Made by a program: the position numbers and the translations under genes. The notes beneath the pieces are model-generated. The model searched no databases. It worked only from the letters and a program-made list of their open reading frames with translations, and was not told the origin of the DNA. 27,988 nucleotides of DNA, taken from the IMG/VR virus record IMGVR_UViG_3300030708_000097, positions 1 through 27,988 of that record; one strand, given 5' to 3'. This document shows, piece by piece, positions 7,980 through 15,463 of this stretch. Position 1 is the stretch's first letter. Every line of letters begins with the position of its first letter. Source of the stretch: a virus. Lineage: Duplodnaviria > Caudoviricetes.

Positions 7980-8939
7980 ATGGCTATTAATAGAGCTAGT
8001 ATTGCAAAAGAACTTCTCCCCGGTCTGAATGCTGTATTTGGACTAGAATATGGAGAAGTCGATAATGAGCATGAACCTCTTTTTGAGGTTGAAAACTCAG
8101 ACAGGGCTTTTGAAGAAGAAGTTCTGTTCACAGGCTTCGGCACTGCACCTGTGAAGGGTGAAGGCGCTGCAGTTACTTACGATGAAGCAAGTGAAAGTTA
8201 CGTTGCTCGTTATGTCAACGAAACGATTTCCCTTGCCTTTGCGGTAACGGAAGAAGCTATGGAAGATAATCTGTATGATACCTTTGCTAAGTTGAGAGCT
8301 AAAGCTCTTGCAAGAGCAATGGGTAATACGAAGCAGGTTAAAGCTGCTGATATCTTCAACAACGGTTTCACTGATGCTGCTGCCTATCATGGTGGCGACG
8401 GTGAGCCTCTTTTCAGTAATGCCCATCCGACTGTCGATGGCACTCAGTCCAACCTTCTGACGGCTGCAGACCTTTCGTTTGCCTCGTTGGAAGCTGGTCT
8501 TACTGCCATTCAAAAGATTACGGATGACAGAGGCATTCTTGTAGGTGGTTCGGCAGTTTCGCTGCATGTTGCGCCAGATAACTGGGCAACGTCGAACTCT
8601 CTGCTTAATTCAACCCTGATTCCTGCGTCTGGTACGGTTTCGTCCCTTGGTGGATCGCAAGCTGCTACCAACCCGTCAGGATGGAACGATGTCAACTCGA
8701 TTCAGAGTATGTCGATGCTTCCGAAGGGTGTGTTCATCAACCGTCGCTTTACGGACACTGATGCTTGGTTTGTTAGAACGAATGTTCCTAACGGACCTAA
8801 GATGTTTGTTAGAGCGCCGCTCCAGACGAAGATGGAGCCAGACTTCGATACTGGTAATCTTCGCTTCAAGGCCAGAGAGCGTTATAGCTTTGGTTGGTCT
8901 GACTGGAGAGGTTACTTCGGTAACGCTGGTGGATCGTAA
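7980..8939 (+). CDS. Major capsid protein (HK97 fold expected)
   Basis: MAINRASIAKELLPGLNAVFGLEY, SDRAFEEEV, FAVTEEAMEDNLY, GDGEPLFSNAHP, DFDTGNLRFKARERYSFGWSDWRG. GGGGAG SD, and followed by a terminator-like hairpin. Confidence 0.92.
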   Translation: MAINRASIAKELLPGLNAVFGLEYGEVDNEHEPLFEVENSDRAFEEEVLFTGFGTAPVKGEGAAVTYDEASESYVARYVNETISLAFAVTEEAMEDNLYDTFAKLRAKALARAMGNTKQVKAADIFNNGFTDAAAYHGGDGEPLFSNAHPTVDGTQSNLLTAADLSFASLEAGLTAIQKITDDRGILVGGSAVSLHVAPDNWATSNSLLNSTLIPASGTVSSLGGSQAATNPSGWNDVNSIQSMSMLPKGVFINRRFTDTDAWFVRTNVPNGPKMFVRAPLQTKMEPDFDTGNLRFKARERYSFGWSDWRGYFGNAGGS

Positions 8940-8949
8940 GATAAGAACT

Positions 8950-8983
8950 GGGAGAGGGGAGAAATCCTCTCTCCTCCTTCTTT
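8950..8983 (+). terminator. Probable (leaky) intrinsic terminator after the capsid gene
   Basis: GGAGAGGGGA-gaaa-TCCTCTCTCC stem (8951-8974, one G-U pair, GNRA loop) followed by an imperfect pyrimidine tract TCCTTCTTT. Confidence 0.7.
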
Positions 8984-8994
8984 GGGAGATTTAA

Positions 8995-9291
8995 ATGTCG
9001 AATATTAGAATAGGACAAGTAACTGGTGGTGCTGGTGGAAATGGTATATTTGTAGATGCTATTACAAGTGTAACTGTTACAGATACTCGTATCCAAGTTT
9101 ATAGTTTTGCTGTATCTGCTGCATCTGAATTAGTTGTTGGTGATCAGAATGGTCCCAAGATAAAACATGCTGCGCTTGGTACAAATGTAATGGACAATGT
9201 TTATATTAATGATACAGGTGTAAAATGCACTGGTAAGGTTTCTCTGGCTGGCGCAAGTAATGCTGGTAAATTTTATATTTATTACGGATAA
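8995..9291 (+). CDS. Small putative virion structural protein (98 aa)
   Basis: GGGAG SD, beta-rich sequence ending in FYIYYG, directly after the capsid gene. Confidence 0.7.
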   Translation: MSNIRIGQVTGGAGGNGIFVDAITSVTVTDTRIQVYSFAVSAASELVVGDQNGPKIKHAALGTNVMDNVYINDTGVKCTGKVSLAGASNAGKFYIYYG

Positions 9292-9295
9292 ATAG

Positions 9296-9955
9296 ATGCC
9301 TTCTTATAGTGAACTTGTATCTGATATTAGAAATACATCTGAAAATGATTCGCAGGAATTTACTGATCAAATTCCTGTTATTATTAATAAGGCAGAATTT
9401 CGTCTTATTAAAGAATTAGATGATGTTGCACTAAATCAAATTACATCTGTTACAACAAGTGCTAATAATCCACTTGTTTCTCTTGCATCAGATACAAGAA
9501 TAATTAGAAATATTAATATTAAAGTTTCAGGTTCAAAAATTAATTTGTTACAAAGAAGCCAAGAGTATGTAAATGACTATTGGCCTTTTGTTTCTTCATC
9601 TGTTGGAGAACCTAAGTATTATGCAATGCGGAGTAATACGCAGATTTATCTTGCACCTACTCCTGCCTCTGCATATGACACAGAAGTTGTTTATGTGGCT
9701 AGACCTACTACTTTAACATCTGCTACACCAAACAATTATTTTTCAGATTTTTGTTATGATGCTCTTTTTTACGCATCAATGGTTGAAGCATCTTTATTTA
9801 ATAAAAGTTTTAATACAGTACCTGCATGGCAAGCTGAACTTAAAGCTTCAATTGATGCTCTTCGTAATCAAGCTAGAAGAACTAGACAAGATAATATGGA
9901 GCTTAATACAAGCCCAGCAGGTAGTGCTAACACAATTATTCAAGGAAGTAGCTAG
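9296..9955 (+). CDS. Putative head-tail adaptor / tail tubular protein
   Basis: N-terminal helix YSELVSDIR...INKAEFRL, then GEPKYYA, IYLAPTP and DALFYASMVEA, a pattern typical of podovirus adaptor proteins. Confidence 0.7.
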   Translation: MPSYSELVSDIRNTSENDSQEFTDQIPVIINKAEFRLIKELDDVALNQITSVTTSANNPLVSLASDTRIIRNINIKVSGSKINLLQRSQEYVNDYWPFVSSSVGEPKYYAMRSNTQIYLAPTPASAYDTEVVYVARPTTLTSATPNNYFSDFCYDALFYASMVEASLFNKSFNTVPAWQAELKASIDALRNQARRTRQDNMELNTSPAGSANTIIQGSS

Positions 9956-9964
9956 GAGGGAACT

Positions 9965-10162
9965 ATGCCACTTATTAACAATAAAAAGTATTCTTATGAT
10001 AAAGCTGGATTTGATCGTTATAAAGAAGAACGAACTCATTGTGTAGGTCGTCCAACTGGAAAAGGATATGGTGCGGCTAGAAAAGGTCCAGCGGCAGAAG
10101 GTGATTCTATTCAGTTTGAAAAAGTTGTTATTGACAACAAAGAATATGATTACTCGGTATAA
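9965..10162 (+). CDS. Small hypothetical protein with GKGYGAARKG motif
   Basis: AGGAGG SD. First ORF of the basic-protein block. Confidence 0.75.
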   Translation: MPLINNKKYSYDKAGFDRYKEERTHCVGRPTGKGYGAARKGPAAEGDSIQFEKVVIDNKEYDYSV

Positions 10163-10173
10163 GGAATAGTATC

Positions 10174-10803
10174 ATGGCTAAAGCAAAAAGTTTAGTAAAA
10201 AAGAAAAGAGGCAGAAAAGGTAAAGGTCGTAAGGCTATACCTGCTGAAATAAAAGCTAAAGCAAAAGCTGCTGGTTTTACTTCTGTTAAGAAATGGGAAG
10301 AGGCTGGAAAGCCGGGACCAAAAAGAAAACAGAAAAAGGGAAGTGCTAAAAGAAAAGCCACCGAAATGCCGAAAGGTAAAAGAGGTAGAGAAATTGCTGC
10401 ACTTAAAAGAGCTTCTGATATAGAACGCATGGGAGAAATGGCTCCTGCTATGCCTAGAAGAAGAAATGTTCAAGGTGTAGCAGAAGGTCCGAATAGACCT
10501 GCTCTTTCCAAAGTAGAACTGCCTAAAATGTCTAAAAGACAAACTAGGCAACGTAGAGCAATGGGACTTATTGATCCTGCCACTAAAAGAAATATTGGTG
10601 AGTTTAGTGACGAGGTTGGTAATATTGCAGAAGCAATGGGCTTAAATGCTAGAGGTGCTATTGATAAAAGTGAAATAGATGAGCTAGTAGAAAGTGGCTT
10701 GCTTAGAATAAAAAGAAAAGGCGGGCAAATTAGTTACAAGAAAAAAGGTGGTCCTATTGGAGTTGGTAAAGCTCTAGGTGGCTACGGAAAGGTAAGGAGT
10801 TAA
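10174..10803 (+). CDS. Lys/Arg-rich protein with tandem C-terminal KxGG motifs
   Basis: AAGGA SD, very basic, ends KRKGGQISYKKKGGPIGVGKALGGYGKVRS. Confidence 0.8.
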   Translation: MAKAKSLVKKKRGRKGKGRKAIPAEIKAKAKAAGFTSVKKWEEAGKPGPKRKQKKGSAKRKATEMPKGKRGREIAALKRASDIERMGEMAPAMPRRRNVQGVAEGPNRPALSKVELPKMSKRQTRQRRAMGLIDPATKRNIGEFSDEVGNIAEAMGLNARGAIDKSEIDELVESGLLRIKRKGGQISYKKKGGPIGVGKALGGYGKVRS

Positions 10804-10807
10804 TATC

Positions 10808-11683
10808 ATGGCTAAAGGAAGTTTTTTTAAATCAACAAGTAAAAGTCGTAAACCTAGAGCAGCAGCAGCAGGTGGTGGAAAAAGACCTCCCGGAAATGGT
10901 AAAAAGATGGTGCGCCGTAAAGCTAGAGATAAAGAGTTTTCTATTTCTAAAGGTTTATATGATGGCAGAGCTATGCCTCAACAAGATTATGATAAGCTTA
11001 TGGCTAATCGAAAACGTCTTTCAAAATCAAAAAAGAAAGATAGTACAACTGGAGGAGCTTTGTTTAATCAACAAGGTGTTTCTAAAAAGGGTAAGTCTAG
11101 AGTAGGAGAAGACTCTGATCTACTTGCAGGGGATAGTCCAACTAGAAGACGAGCAGAAAAACTTGAAAAACGAAGCATGGTTTCTGATCCTCAGTATCCT
11201 AAAATGCAAGAAGTTGGAAGTCGAGGAGAAAAAGTTACTGAGGGTGGACAAAAAACTCTAAATGCTATAGCAAAACGTAGAAAAATAAATGAGAAATCTA
11301 TAAAAGATGCTCAAAAAGCACAAGAAAAAATTAAAAAAGAAATACAAAACCTAGAAAAACAAGTAAAGGCTATTGCTAAAGATAAATCTAAAACTCCTGC
11401 TCAAAGAGTTGCTGATGGTCTTAAAGTAAAAAATAGAATTAAAGATAAAAAAGCTTTACTTCAACAGGCTAGAGATAAAGAAGCTAATGCTAAAGGTAAA
11501 AATCCTAAAAAATCTCCCCGTATTCCTAGAACAGAAATGAAAAGTGGTGGTAAGATTACCAAAAGAAAATATGGTGGGAATATGTCTAAACCTAAAAGTA
11601 AAAAAATTACCTATAGACGAGGCGGAGGTATGATAGGTAACAAAGGTTTGATGTATGGTTATAAATCTGGTGGTCAGGTATAA
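10808..11683 (+). CDS. Lys/Arg-rich protein with coiled coil and four C-terminal [KR]xGG motifs
   Basis: AAGGAG SD. Motifs MKSGGKI, RKYGGNM, YRRGGGMI and YKSGGQV at the C-terminus. Confidence 0.8.
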   Translation: MAKGSFFKSTSKSRKPRAAAAGGGKRPPGNGKKMVRRKARDKEFSISKGLYDGRAMPQQDYDKLMANRKRLSKSKKKDSTTGGALFNQQGVSKKGKSRVGEDSDLLAGDSPTRRRAEKLEKRSMVSDPQYPKMQEVGSRGEKVTEGGQKTLNAIAKRRKINEKSIKDAQKAQEKIKKEIQNLEKQVKAIAKDKSKTPAQRVADGLKVKNRIKDKKALLQQARDKEANAKGKNPKKSPRIPRTEMKSGGKITKRKYGGNMSKPKSKKITYRRGGGMIGNKGLMYGYKSGGQV

Positions 11684-12015
11684 TGCCTTTTTCTAAATAC
11701 AGTCCTAAACAAAAAAAGTTAGCAAGGGTTGCATCGCCTAGAAATAAAATTACAGGCGCTGATTTAAAGGCTGTACGAGCAGGAGTTAAGACCGCTAAGA
11801 AGGGTGGTACAATTACGAAAAGGAAAACAGGTGGAACTGCTAAGAAGTCCAGAGTCAATGAGGCAGGTAATTATACAAAGCCAACTATGCGTAAAAACTT
11901 ATTTAACAAAATTAAGTCAGGTAGTAAGGGAGGTAAGCCCGGTCAGTGGTCAGCTAGAAAAGCGCAGATGCTGGCACAACAATATAAGAAAAAAGGCGGG
12001 GGTTACAAAAGCTAA
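11683..12015 (+). CDS. Basic protein, DUF5872-like N-terminal half, preceded by a short module and a KxGG linker
   Basis: NYTKP...KGGKPGQWSARKAQMLAQQYKKKGGGY, recognised from memory as the DUF5872 signature. TAATG coupling at both ends. Confidence 0.75.
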   Translation: MPFSKYSPKQKKLARVASPRNKITGADLKAVRAGVKTAKKGGTITKRKTGGTAKKSRVNEAGNYTKPTMRKNLFNKIKSGSKGGKPGQWSARKAQMLAQQYKKKGGGYKS

Positions 12016-12578
12016 TGGCACTTGCAAAGTCACAGAAAAGTCTCAAAAACTGGACAAAGCAGAAGTGGAGAACAAAATCGGGCAAACCCTCTACACAAGG
12101 TCCGAAGGCGACAGGAGAGAGGTATCTACCCGAAAAGGCAATCAAATCTCTCTCCTCGTCTGAATATGCAGCATCCACTCGTAAGAAAAGAGAGGATACT
12201 AAAAAGGGTAAACAATTTTCTAAACAACCAAAAAGGGTTGCTAAAAAGACAAGTGCTTATAGAAAAAAGGGGGGAACGGTGGCTACTAAAAGAAAGTCAA
12301 CTGGTAAAGGTATGAAAGGCATGACCATTGGGGGTGGTCATAAGCGTCCTACTAAATCTGGTGCTGGTCTAACAGCAAAAGGAGTAGCTAAGTATCGTAG
12401 ACAGAATCCCGGTAGTAAACTTAAAACTGCTGTAACTGAAAAGAAACCTAGCAAGGCTAGAGCAGCAAGACGAAAAAGTTATTGTGCTAGATCAGCAGGA
12501 CAAATGAAAAAGTTTCCAAAAGCTGCTAAAAATCCTAATTCTAGATTACGCCAAGCTAGAAAAAGATGGAGATGTTGA
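12015..12578 (+). CDS. Basic two-module protein: DUF5872-like C-terminal half plus DUF6321-like domain
   Basis: QKSLKNWTKQKWRT...GERYLP, linker YRKKGGTV, then GLTAKGVAKYRRQNPGSKLK...RRKSYCARS...PNSRLRQARKRWRC. Family names are from recall. Confidence 0.75.
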   Translation: MALAKSQKSLKNWTKQKWRTKSGKPSTQGPKATGERYLPEKAIKSLSSSEYAASTRKKREDTKKGKQFSKQPKRVAKKTSAYRKKGGTVATKRKSTGKGMKGMTIGGGHKRPTKSGAGLTAKGVAKYRRQNPGSKLKTAVTEKKPSKARAARRKSYCARSAGQMKKFPKAAKNPNSRLRQARKRWRC

Positions 12579-12718
12579 TGGCTAGACAGTTAAAAAAAGT
12601 TTCTAAAGCTTTAACTAAAGCTTCTAAGTTACACAAAAATCAAGCTAAAATTATTAATAAATATATAACAAAAAATGCAAAACCAAAAAATCCCCGAACT
12701 AAGAGTAGAAAAAAATAA
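12578..12718 (+). CDS. 46-aa basic microprotein (not in ORF track)
   Basis: MARQLKKVSKALTKASKLHKNQAKIINKYITKNAKPKNPRTKSRKK. TGATG overlap upstream and TAATG overlap downstream. Confidence 0.75.
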   Translation: MARQLKKVSKALTKASKLHKNQAKIINKYITKNAKPKNPRTKSRKK

Positions 12719-12804
12719 TGGCTATCTCTAGATCAAAGATACCTCAACAAATTACTAAACCTCCTCAAAAGAAAAAGACTAAGAAAAAAGTTAAAAGGAA
12801 ATAG
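12718..12804 (+). CDS. 28-aa basic microprotein (not in ORF track)
   Basis: MAISRSKIPQQITKPPQKKKTKKKVKRK. TAATG overlap, and the stop is 3 nt before the next ATG. Confidence 0.7.
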   Translation: MAISRSKIPQQITKPPQKKKTKKKVKRK

Positions 12805-12807
12805 TAC

Positions 12808-13482
12808 ATGGCTACTAGTGGCACATTTAATTTTGCATTAGAGATTGATGATGTAATTCAAGAAGCAACCGAAATGATTGGGGGTGAGCAAACCCTTGGT
12901 CATGAGCCAGCTTCTGCTAGACGTTCTCTTAACCTAATGTTAAAAGATTGGCAGAACAGAGGTATTCTTTTATGGTCAACAGAAGCCTCTGCAATTACTG
13001 TTACTGCTAGTGTGTCTTCGTATGCTTTGAGTGGTTCAACCATTGATGCTTTGCAGGTTATTGTAAATAGAGATAATACTGATTTACCTTTAACTAGAAT
13101 ATCATATGAAGAGTATTTACAAATTCCTCAAAAGGGACAAACAGGAAGAGCTACACAATATTCAATTAAAAGAGATAGAGATAATCCAACCCTCTTTATT
13201 TGGCCTATTCCAGAAAACTCAACCGATGTTTTGAAAGTTGAGAAAATTAGAGAGTTAGAAGATATAAATAAATCGGCTGGACAAAATGCAGATGTTCCAA
13301 AAAGGTTCTTGCCTTGCTTATCTGCTGGTCTAGCTTTTTACATGTCTATTAAACGTCCCGGTGTAGATGCTGGTAAGATTACTTTTCTTAAACAAAATTA
13401 TGAAGAATTGTTAGAAAGAGCCTTGACAGAAGATTCCGAACGTGCTAGTATCTTTTTTAAACCTAAATTAAGAGCAGTATAA
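12808..13482 (+). CDS. Putative head-completion / second adaptor-like tail protein
   Basis: MATSGT...DDVIQEATE, ARRSLNLMLKDWQNRG, LFIWPIP, DVPKRFLPCLSAGLAFY. Same helix-beta-helix layout as 9296-9955. Confidence 0.7.
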   Translation: MATSGTFNFALEIDDVIQEATEMIGGEQTLGHEPASARRSLNLMLKDWQNRGILLWSTEASAITVTASVSSYALSGSTIDALQVIVNRDNTDLPLTRISYEEYLQIPQKGQTGRATQYSIKRDRDNPTLFIWPIPENSTDVLKVEKIRELEDINKSAGQNADVPKRFLPCLSAGLAFYMSIKRPGVDAGKITFLKQNYEELLERALTEDSERASIFFKPKLRAV

Positions 13483-13760
13483 TGGCTACTGATAGAAAGG
13501 CTAAAGGTATATGTGATGTATGTGGTTTTATGTATCCACATAGAATTTTAAAAAAGAATAGTTATGGGTTATTAGTTTGTCCTACAGATTTTGACGGAGC
13601 ATATGATTTAAAAAATCATCCACAAAATAAAACACCTAATGTTAAGGATGACGAATCAATTCAAGACCCTAGACCTCCTCTTAATAATGATAGAAATTTA
13701 TTGTGGGAATCCGCTACATCTAATTGGGAAGCCACAGATGAAGAATGGAATTTTGTATAA
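13482..13760 (+). CDS. Small protein with CxxC...CxxD putative metal site
   Basis: ICDVCGF...GLLVCPTDFD...HPQ...DPRP. TAATG coupling on both sides. Confidence 0.75.
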   Translation: MATDRKAKGICDVCGFMYPHRILKKNSYGLLVCPTDFDGAYDLKNHPQNKTPNVKDDESIQDPRPPLNNDRNLLWESATSNWEATDEEWNFV

Positions 13761-15463
13761 TGCCAACACTTACAGGTAAACAAATAGCTAATAGCTATAA
13801 ACAGTTATTACAAATAGGTTCTGATAATACAGGACTGACAGCTTCTCTTCAGACAATAGAAGATGGTAATGGTAATAGTTCTCCTTTACAGCTTAGTAAC
13901 AGTGTAGCTAATATTAATGGTACATTTCAATTAAATGGTTCAACACTTACCGCCGATGCTTCTGCACTAAATGCTATTACTGATCTTACAGGTATTACTG
14001 GTCTGGTAGCAATGAATAGCGGTAGTGCGCTAGGTAGAACGCTTACTGCTGGTACAGGAATAACAATAGGTAATGCAGATGGAACTGCAGGTAATCCTAC
14101 TATTGCTTTAAGTTTAGCTGATACAACAATTCATGTTGCTAGAGTGTCTGCATCTTCTGGTGTTTTTAATGGTACTGTAAGTGCAGCATTTTTTGTAGGT
14201 GACGGTTCAGGACTTACAAATGTTCCTTCTGCTGAAGGTGGTACTGTAAAACAGGTTGATGCTGGTACAGGTATTAAGATGACGGTGGGCGGGGCTGTAT
14301 CTAGTTCTATTCCTGTTAGTGGTGTTATAGCTGTATCCGCTGATCAAAACTTTGGAACAGTTTCTGTTAGTACTGCTTTTGTTGCTACAGGCTCTGCAGT
14401 CTTTGGAACCTTAAGTGCAACTAATATTGATGCTGACGAACTTTTAATTGCAGGTGTATCTGCTGCTAATGTTACTGAAGTTGCAGCAGTTTCTGCACTT
14501 ACAAAAACTAATCTAGATTCTATAACAAGTATTAATTCTATTATAGGAGATGGTGGTAACTTTGCTACAAGTGCAGAGCTTGCTACAGTATCTGCAGCTT
14601 TAGCTACCAGCATTGACAACAGTAATACAAATATTGCTGCAGTTTCAGCTTTAACTTCTGTTAATGCTGCAGCAATAACAAGTGCTAATACAGTTATAGC
14701 AGCAGTATCAGCTTTAACAAAAACAAATCTTGATGCTGTAACCAGTATTAATACAGTAGTTGCTAACTTATCTTCTACGATGGCAACCAGTATTGATAAT
14801 AGAACTGCAGCTATTACTAGCATTAACACTGTTATTACTGATTTATCTGCCACAATGGCAACAAGTATTAATAATAGAACTGCTGCTATAACAAGTATTA
14901 ATACAGTCATTACTGATTTATCTGCTACAATGGCTACTTCTATTAATAATAGAACAGGAGCTATTACAAGTATTAATACTGTTATTACAAATCTTTCTGC
15001 TACTCTTGCTACGAGCATTGGTAATAGATTAGCTTTAACAGGAGGCACATTAACAGGCGTTGTAAGTGGTACAGATTTTTATGTGAGTGCCGTTGCAGTT
15101 GGAACAAACTCTCTTCTTGGTAAAGATATACATATAGAGAAAGCTGCTGTTGCTGATATTCAAGCACTGACAGATGGCACAAATATATCAGTTGATCTAA
15201 ATGCAGGACAAAACTTTACTGTAACACTAGCAGGTAATAGAACACTTGATAATCCTACTAATTGTGTTGCGGGACAGGTTGGTAGTATATTTGTTGTGCA
15301 GGATGGCACAGGATCAAGAACACTTGCCTACGGAACCTCTTGGGACTTTCCTGCTGGAGAAGCACCTGTGCTTTCCACAGATGCAGCAGCAGTTGATAGA
15401 ATTGATTACATAGTACATACATCTACAGATGTTCATGCAGTGCTAACAAAGGCGTATTCATAG
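13760..15463 (+). CDS. Proximal tail fibre protein with repeat coiled-coil stalk
   Basis: Start placed at 13760 (TAATG overlap) rather than 13745. Thr/Ala/Ser/Gly-rich with AGTGI motifs, 21- and 25-aa repeats, and C-terminal domain NFTVTLAGNRTL...QDGTGSRTL...DRIDY. Confidence 0.8.
   Translation: MPTLTGKQIANSYKQLLQIGSDNTGLTASLQTIEDGNGNSSPLQLSNSVANINGTFQLNGSTLTADASALNAITDLTGITGLVAMNSGSALGRTLTAGTGITIGNADGTAGNPTIALSLADTTIHVARVSASSGVFNGTVSAAFFVGDGSGLTNVPSAEGGTVKQVDAGTGIKMTVGGAVSSSIPVSGVIAVSADQNFGTVSVSTAFVATGSAVFGTLSATNIDADELLIAGVSAANVTEVAAVSALTKTNLDSITSINSIIGDGGNFATSAELATVSAALATSIDNSNTNIAAVSALTSVNAAAITSANTVIAAVSALTKTNLDAVTSINTVVANLSSTMATSIDNRTAAITSINTVITDLSATMATSINNRTAAITSINTVITDLSATMATSINNRTGAITSINTVITNLSATLATSIGNRLALTGGTLTGVVSGTDFYVSAVAVGTNSLLGKDIHIEKAAVADIQALTDGTNISVDLNAGQNFTVTLAGNRTLDNPTNCVAGQVGSIFVVQDGTGSRTLAYGTSWDFPAGEAPVLSTDAAAVDRIDYIVHTSTDVHAVLTKAYS
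14735..15028 (+). repeat. Four tandem 75-bp (25-aa) coding repeats
   Basis: Units start at 14735, 14810, 14885 and 14960, with consensus AITSINTVITDLSATMATSINNRTA. Confidence 0.92.

Noticed and set aside
8647-8994. +1-frame ORF overlapping the capsid 3' end, as a programmed frameshift extension
   Set aside because: No slippery site was recognised, it would add only about 18 residues, and it runs through the terminator hairpin.
13745-13759. Track start of the fibre gene at 13745
   Set aside because: ATG 13760 overlaps the upstream stop (TAATG), like neighbouring genes, and gives a more typical N-terminus.
14344-15048. 234-aa minus-strand hydrophobic repeat ORF
   Set aside because: It is the antisense shadow of the Thr/Ala/Ser/Asn repeat stalk. 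Synonymous variation follows the plus-strand frame.
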